From Gammaproteobacteria bacterium (GTDB lineage: Bacteria; Pseudomonadota; Gammaproteobacteria; Eutrophobiales; Eutrophobiaceae), in the NCBI GenBank assembly GCA_965116495.1, contig OZ220696.1:2208001-2272000 (forward strand): a DNA stretch of 64,000 nucleotides, read 5' to 3'. The notes below the pieces were generated by a model. That model was given only the letters and a program-made list of their open reading frames with translations, did no database searches and was not told where the DNA came from. Each line of letters begins with the position of its first letter. Positions within the stretch are counted from its first letter, which is position 1. A program made the position numbers and the translations under genes. Of this stretch, positions 29,430-37,532 are shown one piece after another.

Positions 29430-30056
29430 ATGACTGACAAAATTGAGCTTTTGACAAAAGACCTGTTCGGCCTGGAGTACTGGCCGGCGCTGCCCGCTTT
29501 CCTCATCTCAACCGCGGATGAAACAGGCACACCGCACCTGGCGCCTTACAGCCTGGTGTTCTTTCCGTCCTATACCAACGTTGCTGAAGACGAAGATACG
29601 CCCAAGATCATTTCACTGGTCATCGGTGATTACGATACCTTTGCCGGCGCAAAAGAGTCCCGTACCTACCGGAATATCGCGAATACCAAAGAGTTTGTCG
29701 TCAACGTGCCCACTGCGAAAATAGTCAACCAGTTAAATACCACCGTGTTCCCGGCCGACGATAAATTCGCGGCATCCGGGTTGACCCCGGAACCCTCGGC
29801 AAAAACAGCGGCGCCCGCGGTGGCGGAATGCCCGGTGAACTACGAATGCGAACTGCTGAGGGTGGAAGAACACCGCTGGCTGGGCGAAGTCATACACGGG
29901 AAAGTCGTCGCGGTACGGGTCGATACATCTTTGCACAACACCCCCGCCAAAGACCGCATGGCGTCCCTGGCGCCCGTCCTGCACTATGCCTACGACCATT
30001 ACAACGGCACCTACTACGGCCTTGGAGACGTGCTGCTGGAAGAGATAGAGGAATAA
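29430..30056 (+). CDS. Flavin reductase family protein (DIM6/NTAB)
   Basis: 'LAPYS', 'TYRNI..TKEFVVNV', 'PAVAECPVNYEC'. Confidence 0.85.
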   Translation: MTDKIELLTKDLFGLEYWPALPAFLISTADETGTPHLAPYSLVFFPSYTNVAEDEDTPKIISLVIGDYDTFAGAKESRTYRNIANTKEFVVNVPTAKIVNQLNTTVFPADDKFAASGLTPEPSAKTAAPAVAECPVNYECELLRVEEHRWLGEVIHGKVVAVRVDTSLHNTPAKDRMASLAPVLHYAYDHYNGTYYGLGDVLLEEIEE

Positions 30057-30258
30057 GATATTTGGGGGGATATTTGGGGTCAGAGTAAAAATACCCGACA
30101 TTAAGTCCGCTATATCTGACAAAGCACCGGCCCGGTCAGGTTAAGATAAAGCAGGCCCAGCACCGATGACTTGAACAACGGTGACCGGTCTTTACCCAGT
30201 TCCCCGGGATTAAGTGAATTTAATGTTGTGTCACCTGGATTACCTGAGTTAATATTTG

Positions 30259-30284
30259 ATATTATGTCATTTTTGACATAATAT
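30259..30284. promoter_or_regulatory. Palindromic operator of the TA operon
   Basis: ATATTATGTCA-tttt-TGACATAATAT immediately upstream of the toxin ATG. Confidence 0.65.
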
Positions 30285-30291
30285 TGCTTTT

Positions 30292-30630
30292 ATGGATGAT
30301 AAGGATAAATCTTTAGTCTGGCTACACGACGAGATAAGAACACCTCCATTTTCAGAAGGTGCCAGAATTGAGGCGGGTTTTTTGCTCAGGCGACTACAGC
30401 GTGGCGACAAGCTGAGTATGCCACAATCCCGACCGATGCCGGAAATCGGAAAACACTGCCATGAATTGAGGATTAATGACAAAAATCTAACCTGGAGAAT
30501 AATGTATCGAATTGCTCGCGATGCGATCGTCTTGCTTGGGGTCTTTGAAAAGAAAACTGGTAAAACACCAAAATATATAATCGACGTTTGTAGAAAACGA
30601 ATGAAGGCGTATGACGATGAAATCAAGTAA
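30292..30630 (+). CDS. Type II TA toxin, RelE/HigB (Gp49-like)
   Basis: 'TPPFSEGARIEAGFLLRRLQRG..MPQSRPMP..CHELRI..WRIMYR..VFEKKTGKTP'. Confidence 0.9.
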   Translation: MDDKDKSLVWLHDEIRTPPFSEGARIEAGFLLRRLQRGDKLSMPQSRPMPEIGKHCHELRINDKNLTWRIMYRIARDAIVLLGVFEKKTGKTPKYIIDVCRKRMKAYDDEIK

Positions 30631-30934
30631 ACGGGAAAAACTTGAAAAAGCCGGCTGGAAAGTTGGTACAGTCGATGAATTCCTGTCTCTTTCCCCTGAA
30701 GAATCAGCTTTTATTGAAATGAAATTGGCATTATGTGATTCAGTTAAATCAATGCGGGCCAAAAAACGCCTCAGCCAAACTGAATTTGCAAAGTTAATTT
30801 CATCCAGTCAATCACGCGTAGCCAAGATTGAAGCGGGCGACCCTTCTGTATCCCTCGACCTGGTAATGAAGTCTCTATTGAGTCTCGGTGCTACTAAAAA
30901 AGATGTAGCCAGGCTTATTGTAGCCGGCAAATAA
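30611..30934 (+). CDS. Type II TA antitoxin, XRE-HTH (HigA-like)
   Basis: 'LSQTEFAKLISSSQSRVAKIEAGDPSVSLD'; overlaps the toxin gene. Confidence 0.9.
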   Translation: MTMKSSKREKLEKAGWKVGTVDEFLSLSPEESAFIEMKLALCDSVKSMRAKKRLSQTEFAKLISSSQSRVAKIEAGDPSVSLDLVMKSLLSLGATKKDVARLIVAGK

Positions 30935-30975
30935 TTTAACCTGCCTGAACCGAACCAAGTCAAACGGAGCATGGA

Positions 30976-31266
30976 ATGATTATCGAAAACCAGGAGCAGG
31001 TCACCGAGGCCGTACTGGGCGAACTTGAGCGCATTGAGAATCCTCGTCTGAAGGAAGTACTTAGCGCTGCAGTCCGGCATCTGCACGATCTCGCCCGTGA
31101 AGTGCATCTTACCGAGGCCGAATTTCGCCGTGGATGTACGGTCCTGGCGCAGGCGGGGCAACTGACGAATAAAAGTCATAACGAAATCGTGCTCCTGGCC
31201 GGGACCCTGGGTTTAAGGAGACCAACGGCCGGAGCAGGTAGTGTGGGAGCGCCCTTGACATTATGA
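30976..31266 (+). pseudogene. N-terminal fragment of an intradiol (hydroxyquinol/catechol 1,2-) dioxygenase
   Basis: 'NPRLKEVLSAAVRHLHDLAREVHLTEAEF...NEIVLLAGTLGL'; catalytic domain absent, truncated at the next TA pair. Confidence 0.75.
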
Positions 31267-31278
31267 CGTTATGACGTT

Positions 31279-31524
31279 ATGATGCCTTACATGAAGACAG
31301 AATCCAAACGGGCAACCATCTATTTTTACCCTGAGCTTCACCATGCATTACGCCTGAAGTCGGTTGAGACAAACCGTTCCATATCGGACATGGTGAACGA
31401 AGCTGTGCAGTTAAGCCTTGCAGAAGATGCGGAAGACCTGGAAGCCATATCAAATCGCGCCAAGGAGCCGAACCTGGTGTTTGAAGACGTAGTAAAGGAT
31501 TTGAAACGTCGTGGAAAAATATAA
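31279..31524 (+). CDS. CopG/RHH antitoxin
   Basis: 'KRATIYF.PELHHALRLKS.ETNRSISDMVNEAV..LAEDAEDL'; preceded by TTATGACG tandem repeats (31261-31284); true start may be 31291. Confidence 0.85.
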   Translation: MMPYMKTESKRATIYFYPELHHALRLKSVETNRSISDMVNEAVQLSLAEDAEDLEAISNRAKEPNLVFEDVVKDLKRRGKI

Positions 31525-31777
31525 CATCCTTATCAAGCCTTCCGCAGTAAAGGAACTTGAAGCAATCCCCCAAAAGAAAATACGGCAACAAATAATTCGC
31601 CGGATTCAGAGCCTGGCAACAGACCCCTTCCCGCCTGGCGCCAGCAAGCTGGCCGGCAATGATCGATTCAGACTGCGTCAGGGCGCATATAGAATCATCT
31701 ATACAGTATGGAAGCTGCAACTTACGATCAACGTCATCAAGGTCGGACACAGGAAAGATATTTACAGAAATCAATAG
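31511..31777 (+). CDS. Type II TA toxin, RelE/ParE family
   Basis: 'SAVKELEAIP..KLAG..RLRQGAYRIIY..KVGHRKDIY'. Confidence 0.9.
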   Translation: MEKYNILIKPSAVKELEAIPQKKIRQQIIRRIQSLATDPFPPGASKLAGNDRFRLRQGAYRIIYTVWKLQLTINVIKVGHRKDIYRNQ

Positions 31778-33174
31778 ACGCGGGGTCGGTCCCTGGACTC
31801 GTCATTCTCGCCGGTCTGCAGCAGTTTCAGCGGCAAAGGGTAGGTTTTAACCTCACCTATCTCCCCCCAGGACCTGGTTTTTGTCCAGATTTCACCCTGC
31901 GGATATTGACTGATCTGTTTGATGTCCTTGGGCCGCAACTGGTTGGTCCATTTGACCTCGACGGGACAGCACTGCCCTTTTTTGATACAGGCGATATCAA
32001 CTTCACCCCGGGCCTTGATGTAGTACGTGGGAAAAAAACGGCGATGATGGGTGATCACGGCGGCCTCGACCAGTCTTGACGTCCATTCCGGGTCCTGAAT
32101 GAGCGGCAATACCTGCGCATTGTAAGGATCGGCAATGGGCTTGACCCAGGCATGTACGGCATGGAATATAAACGGGTCGCAGAACATCAGTTTTCTGGCT
32201 TTTTTCGGTGCGCCAACCAGCTTGTCTTCCAGCAGGGCGGACTGCACGAATACGGCGTCCATGTTTACCAGCACATCAATATAATCGGACACGGTTTTGG
32301 GGTGATCGATGGACAGGTCACGCGCCATGGCGTTCCAAGTGACCTGTGAAGTATAGCGTTTGATAATGGCTGCCATGATTTCACGCAGGTAATTTTCCTG
32401 TTTACCGCGTTTCAGCACATCGCCTCTTATCCAGTCGGAGTATGTATTCAAGGTGGTTTTACTGATCAGTCCGTTTTCGGCCAGGTCGTTGATGGCTGTC
32501 AAATATCCGCCATGCAGTAAATATTGATCAAACTCCCCGTAAATTGCATCGATAGTGCCTGCTTCAACCTCCCCGGGTTGACAAACGATATCATCAACAT
32601 TGATGTCCGGGTTTTTCAGGTTGAAACACTCCCTGAATGAAAGCGGATACATGTGGAAATCCACCACCTCCGCGCTGCCGCGCCGCCCGGGAAAGCGCAT
32701 GCGCGCATCCCTGATTAAACCCAGGTCCGAACCGGTCAGCACCAGGACGGTATGCTCCAGCAGGCCCGCATCTGCAGCGTATTTAACTGCCTTATCCCAC
32801 TGCCGGATATAGGTAACTTCATCAATTATCAAAAAATTGACGGAATCTGTGTGCGAATCACCCAGTTGAGCCTGCATCAACCCGAGGAGGCTGTGATGGT
32901 CATCGATAAGTTCGCCGGTAAAAAAACCGATCGATTGAGGCGCGACTCCCTGTACCAGCAATTCATTCATCCACTGTTTCAGCAGGGTAGATTTGCCGAT
33001 TTGCCGCCCTCCGCCTAAAGTGTAAATACCCGGTGATGCGGCAGCTAATTCATCCAGCAGTGCCGAGCGATATTGATATACCTGACGCTGCAGCAGGCGT
33101 AATTGAGGGTCCTGTTCAGCAAACCCGGCAGGGTTGTCAAGGTGACTGTTATGGGGCAGAAATCTTGGGTCCAT
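31771..33174 (-). CDS. AAA_14 ATPase with DUF4143-like C-terminal PD-(D/E)xK domain
   Basis: Walker A 'GGRQIGKST', Walker B 'IIDEV', 'LTGS', 'YLLHGGY', 'EVD...VEVKW'. Confidence 0.85.
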   Translation of the reverse strand: MDPRFLPHNSHLDNPAGFAEQDPQLRLLQRQVYQYRSALLDELAAASPGIYTLGGGRQIGKSTLLKQWMNELLVQGVAPQSIGFFTGELIDDHHSLLGLMQAQLGDSHTDSVNFLIIDEVTYIRQWDKAVKYAADAGLLEHTVLVLTGSDLGLIRDARMRFPGRRGSAEVVDFHMYPLSFRECFNLKNPDINVDDIVCQPGEVEAGTIDAIYGEFDQYLLHGGYLTAINDLAENGLISKTTLNTYSDWIRGDVLKRGKQENYLREIMAAIIKRYTSQVTWNAMARDLSIDHPKTVSDYIDVLVNMDAVFVQSALLEDKLVGAPKKARKLMFCDPFIFHAVHAWVKPIADPYNAQVLPLIQDPEWTSRLVEAAVITHHRRFFPTYYIKARGEVDIACIKKGQCCPVEVKWTNQLRPKDIKQISQYPQGEIWTKTRSWGEIGEVKTYPLPLKLLQTGENDESRDRPRVY

Positions 33175-33187
33175 GTGGCCAGACTGC

Positions 33188-33237
33188 CATAATGAATAAA
33201 ATTAGTCAATTATAAATGACTAAATTTATTCATTATG
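33188..33237. promoter_or_regulatory. 21-bp inverted repeat (1 mismatch) upstream of the AAA_14 gene
   Basis: CATAATGAATAAAATTAGTCA-8 nt-TGACTAAATTTATTCATTATG. Confidence 0.6.
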
Positions 33238-33410
33238 TTGTGACTATATAGCAGCCCACCATCAACATTATCAAGGTTGGTCACGGAGTGAATTTCAGAT
33301 ACGAATCCTTGCATGGTAGTCATATACCTGGGCTGTAGTCTGCCGCTATAATCTAGCTTGGATTGGTTTCATTTTTTTCCAATATCACACAAAATATGGG
33401 GTAATAGTTC

Positions 33411-34472
33411 ATGTTTCTGGCTACGGATCATTCGACTCAGGTCACCTCCGATTTACCCCCTCACTGCACCTTTTCGGAAAGTGACTGGCACATACTGGCC
33501 GGTTTCTGGCACCCTGTTGCATTTCTCCATGATATCGGTGACAAACCTGTCGCCGCCAGGTTACTCGATGTGAACCTGGTGGTCTACCGTACCAGCGAAG
33601 GCATCACGGTGGCGCATGACCGGTGCATGCACAGGGGAACCAGGCTGAGCCTGGGTTGGATGCAGGAGGACCTGCTGGTCTGTCCCATGCACGGCTTGCA
33701 TTATGACGGTCAGGGTGTTTGTCGAAAGATACCGTCCATCGCCGATCCCGATGCGAGAATACCGGAGAAGTTGCGGCTTAAAACCTGCCGGACGGAACAA
33801 CGCTACGGCATTATCTGGGTCTGTCTGAAAGATGACCCGGCCTGGCCGTTACCTTACTGGTGCCACCTGGAAGATTCTCAATTTCAATCCATGTATGTTC
33901 CTCCAGGGAAGTGGCAGGTTGCAGCGGGCCGTCACGTCGAAAACTTTAACGACGTGGCGCACTTCCCCTGGGTCCATGGCGACACATTCGGCGGTGAAAT
34001 GGACGCAGCCTTTCCGTTATACCGGGTGGAACAGACTGATTACGGTCTCAGCTTTCGATTACCTTACCTGGAACTGGGCAACCGCTTTCCTGACGGGAGA
34101 GACGATTTGCAAAACCGTGAAGTCGTCTACAGTTACGAGTTAACGTTTCCGTTTTCCACCCTGCTGGAAGTCAATGTGCAGGAGTCCGATTATATACAAG
34201 TGATACTGGATACGGTGTGCCCTATCTCCGCGCATGAGAGCGGCATTTTCCAAATCCTGGCCGACAACTCCGGTGAGCCGGTCTTGGATAGGGTGATACA
34301 GGAAACGATAGACATAAATAAAGAAGACCAGCCCCTGGTGGAAGCGCAATCACCGGAATTTTTGCCGCTTGATTTGCGCGAGGAGATCCATATTCCTGCT
34401 GATCGAATGTCACTGGAATACAGGAAGGCGCTTGCCGGAAAATTTAACCTGGGTGCACCGGCTATAAGTTAA
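33411..34472 (+). CDS. Rieske non-heme iron oxygenase (VanA/Ndm-type demethylase-like)
   Basis: 'CMHRG..CPMHG', Fe site 'ENFNDVAHFPWVH', 'EDQPLVEAQ.P', 'ADRMSLEYR'. Confidence 0.88.
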   Translation: MFLATDHSTQVTSDLPPHCTFSESDWHILAGFWHPVAFLHDIGDKPVAARLLDVNLVVYRTSEGITVAHDRCMHRGTRLSLGWMQEDLLVCPMHGLHYDGQGVCRKIPSIADPDARIPEKLRLKTCRTEQRYGIIWVCLKDDPAWPLPYWCHLEDSQFQSMYVPPGKWQVAAGRHVENFNDVAHFPWVHGDTFGGEMDAAFPLYRVEQTDYGLSFRLPYLELGNRFPDGRDDLQNREVVYSYELTFPFSTLLEVNVQESDYIQVILDTVCPISAHESGIFQILADNSGEPVLDRVIQETIDINKEDQPLVEAQSPEFLPLDLREEIHIPADRMSLEYRKALAGKFNLGAPAIS

Positions 34473-34489
34473 ACCCGCGAGAAGACAAG

Positions 34490-35473
34490 ATGACCAACGA
34501 TGCAATCATGCTCAATGACTGGTATGCGGTAGCGAACGCCCGGGCACTCTCGGACGGTGATAAGATCGCAACACAATTGCTGGAACAGGACATACTTGTC
34601 TGGCGCAGTCACGGTGAGATACATGCCTGGCTGGACCGCTGTCCCCACCGTGGTTCCAGGTTGTCTTTGGGCGACATCAGGAATGGCGACACGGTCGTTT
34701 GTCCCTACCACGGCTGGCATTTTAATGCCGCCGGTCGCTGCATCTGGATGCCTGCCCATCCTGGTCACCCTATCTCGGAAAGGGCCAGGACGACCCGGCT
34801 GCATGTGCAGGAGAAATACGACCTGGTGTGGGTGTGCCTGGGTGAACCGGCCGGCGACGTACCGCTGTTTCATGGTGTGGATGAGGATTATCACCTGGTG
34901 ATCACCGGGCCTTACGACGTCGAGACCAGCGGCCCCCGGGCCGTAGAGAATTTTCTGGACCTGTCGCATTTTCCCTTCGTACATACCGGTTACCTGGGAG
35001 AGGAACCCTATACGGAAATGGATGAGTACGATGTCGAGGTGATTGACAGCGAAATCAGCGTCACCAACGCGACCGTCTATCAACCCCGGGCCAATGTGAC
35101 CAGCGAGGAAGGCACCAAGGTTGCCTATTCCTACCGGGTACTGCGGCCGTTGACCGTCATGCTCACCAAGGAGCCCGGCGCGGCCGGCGAAAAACCATCC
35201 GACTTGATAATGATGTCGATACAACCGAAGGAGGAAACCCGTATCCGCGCCTGGTTTGTCCTTGCAATGAACTATGGTCATGGCGACCCGGAAGAAAACT
35301 TCCGGGATTTTCAGGATACGATCTTCTACCAGGACAAGGCAGTGCTGGAATCACAGCGGCCCAGGTGTTTGCCGCTGGATCCCGGTGCAGAGTTACACCA
35401 GCCGGCCGACAAGGTTTCGAACGTGTACCGGCGCTGGCTGAAAGAAATGGGATTACGTTATGGAACGAGTTGA
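34490..35473 (+). CDS. Rieske non-heme iron oxygenase (VanA/Ndm-type)
   Basis: 'CPHRG..CPYHG', 'ENFLDLSHFPFVH', 'QDKAVLESQRP'. Confidence 0.88.
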   Translation: MTNDAIMLNDWYAVANARALSDGDKIATQLLEQDILVWRSHGEIHAWLDRCPHRGSRLSLGDIRNGDTVVCPYHGWHFNAAGRCIWMPAHPGHPISERARTTRLHVQEKYDLVWVCLGEPAGDVPLFHGVDEDYHLVITGPYDVETSGPRAVENFLDLSHFPFVHTGYLGEEPYTEMDEYDVEVIDSEISVTNATVYQPRANVTSEEGTKVAYSYRVLRPLTVMLTKEPGAAGEKPSDLIMMSIQPKEETRIRAWFVLAMNYGHGDPEENFRDFQDTIFYQDKAVLESQRPRCLPLDPGAELHQPADKVSNVYRRWLKEMGLRYGTS

Positions 35474-35479
35474 GTAACA

Positions 35480-36616
35480 GTGCAGACCCGCGCGGATGAC
35501 CCGCTGAAATTTGTTATTGCGGTAATTGCCGCCCAGGTGGCCGGTGGATTGGTGACGCAGATGTCTCCCCTGGTGGTGGGCGGCGTTATCATCGGTCTTG
35601 AACTAACGGAACAACAGGCCGGTTTTGTCGCATTTGCAGAATTTATCGTTTTATCGCTCACCGCAATCGCGATAGCGCCGTTTCTGCCAAGACTGTCTTG
35701 TCGAGCACTGTGTTTCTGTGCCGCGAGCGTTGCCATTGCCGCCCAGGTTATCTCCATATTATTAACCGACTTGAATCTGATAGTGATCATGAGGTGTATA
35801 GCAGGCGTCGGCGAGGGCCTGGTGTATGCCGCATCGCTGGCCGCGGTGGCGTCACGTTCGGTCAACCCGGACAAGTTGTATGGTTATATCCAGGTGACCT
35901 GGGCAGTATTGAGCACCTTGTTGTTTACCGCAGGAGGCTACCTTACCGATATGTTCGCCCACCGTGGTATATACGGCATGATCGCCGGCATCACAATTGT
36001 CCTGATGATTTTTTTGCGCTGGCTGCCGGCCGGTGTTACGGCATCGGCTGAATCAGTCAATAAAAATCACAACGCTGCGCCGCCCTGGATGGGTATCGTC
36101 ACGTTAGCGGGAATTTTTATTTATCTGACCGCATCCGCGGCCATATATACTTTCACTGCGCCGTTGGGTGAACGGGCAGGGCTGTCAACGAACCAGATCG
36201 GCTATGCCCTGACCACAGGATCAGCCGTTGGTTTCAGCGGCGCAGTTCTGGCAACCTGGCTGAATATACGCAGGGGACGGGCCGTTCCTGTTTCGGTCTT
36301 CTCGGTTGCGTTCTCAATCATAGCCATCGTGTTATGTGTTAATACCCACCCTGTAATCTATGTGGTTACCCTGGTTCTGTCAGTCGTATTTTTCTATTTC
36401 TCTGTCCCCTACCTGTTCGGCCTGGCCGCGGCATTGGATGAGCAAGGCCGCTGGGCGGCGGCGGCGGGCTCTGCCTATTTGCTGGGTTTTGCCGTGGGGC
36501 CGGCCTTAGCCGGCACGATGATCGAGTGGTATGACTACATCGGACTGGGAGTGGCATCCGTTATAGCCACGATCATGGCCTGGATACTGTTGTTGGTGGT
36601 GGTCAGAAATTTGTAG
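35480..36616 (+). CDS. MFS transporter (paralog of 48277-49461)
   Basis: Hydrophobic segments; shared 'AVIAAQV.GG..TQ.SPLV.GGVI.GL' and 'VPYLFGLAAALD..GR'. Confidence 0.85.
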   Translation: MQTRADDPLKFVIAVIAAQVAGGLVTQMSPLVVGGVIIGLELTEQQAGFVAFAEFIVLSLTAIAIAPFLPRLSCRALCFCAASVAIAAQVISILLTDLNLIVIMRCIAGVGEGLVYAASLAAVASRSVNPDKLYGYIQVTWAVLSTLLFTAGGYLTDMFAHRGIYGMIAGITIVLMIFLRWLPAGVTASAESVNKNHNAAPPWMGIVTLAGIFIYLTASAAIYTFTAPLGERAGLSTNQIGYALTTGSAVGFSGAVLATWLNIRRGRAVPVSVFSVAFSIIAIVLCVNTHPVIYVVTLVLSVVFFYFSVPYLFGLAAALDEQGRWAAAAGSAYLLGFAVGPALAGTMIEWYDYIGLGVASVIATIMAWILLLVVVRNL

Positions 36617-36637
36617 CCCACTACTATAGTCTGCAGT

Positions 36638-37286
36638 TAGTAAAAACTGGAACCCCCCAGCTTTGCTGCGGAGACGCGCACAGTTTGACAGTTGCGGAAA
36701 TCTCATGGTAACTCCCAAGTGTGAACCGCCAAGCATCACACGATGGAGGAACCATGACAGAGATAAGCAGTTTAAGTCATACCCGCTGGGAATGTAAGTG
36801 TCATGTGGTATTTATCCCGAAGTATCGACGGAAGATGTTATTCGGCCAGATACGGTGGGAGTTAGGCGAGGTGTTTCACCGCTTGACCCGGCAGAAAGAG
36901 AGTGAGATAGAAGTGGGTCACGTGATGCGGGATCATGTGCACATGATGTTGTCGATACCGCCGAAGTATGCGGTGGCGCAGGTGGTGAGGTACATCAAGG
37001 GGAAGAGTGTGATCCATATAGCATAGACATATATGGGTCGGCAGAGGAATTATGCAGGGTAACCCTTTTGGGCGAGGGGATATTTTGTCTCGACGATGGG
37101 TCGGGATGAGCAGGTTATCCGGGAGTATGTACGAGATCAGGAGCGAGAAGATCAACGTATTGAGCAATTGAACTTGGTGTAAGAGTTGACCCCTTCAAGA
37201 ATCTCAAGGAGCCGACAGGCTCCGTTCATTACCGCTTTGAGCGGTTCACAAACTAAAGCCCCCGGCTTTGCCGGGGGATATTTACT
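36638..37286 (+). mobile_element. IS200/IS605-family element (IS200-like), inactive
   Basis: Subterminal hairpins (CCCCCCAGCTTTGCTGCGG left; CCCCCGGCTTTGCCGGGGG right) around a Y1 transposase. Confidence 0.85.
36754..37182 (+). pseudogene. tnpA: IS200 Y1 transposase with two in-frame stops (TAG 37024, TAA 37060)
   Basis: 'SLSHTRWECKCHVVFIPKYRRK', HUH 'DHVHM', then after the stops 'FWARGYFVST' and 'EYVRDQE'. Confidence 0.88.
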
Positions 37287-37532
37287 TGTGACCGTACCCC
37301 CTAATGTCGAATACAGATCCGGAACTTGAAGACTGGAAAGAACTTCCATGCCGCACCCCTCGCTCTGGCATTGATGCATTCGGTTGTCCCGGTTTCGCTG
37401 GGCTGACCGTTGGAATTTCACTGGAGGCATCAGTGCGGCCTGCATTCCGCGACGACACCTGACGCCTCGTTTGCTTCGTCGGTAGTGCATAATCTGTATC
37501 TTCGGGAGCACTATTCACTCGTATTTAAGCCA

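Noticed and set aside
36754-37182. Stop-codon readthrough or recoding in tnpA
   Set aside because: There are two different stops (TAG, TAA) and the second copy has CAA at one of them; ordinary decay.
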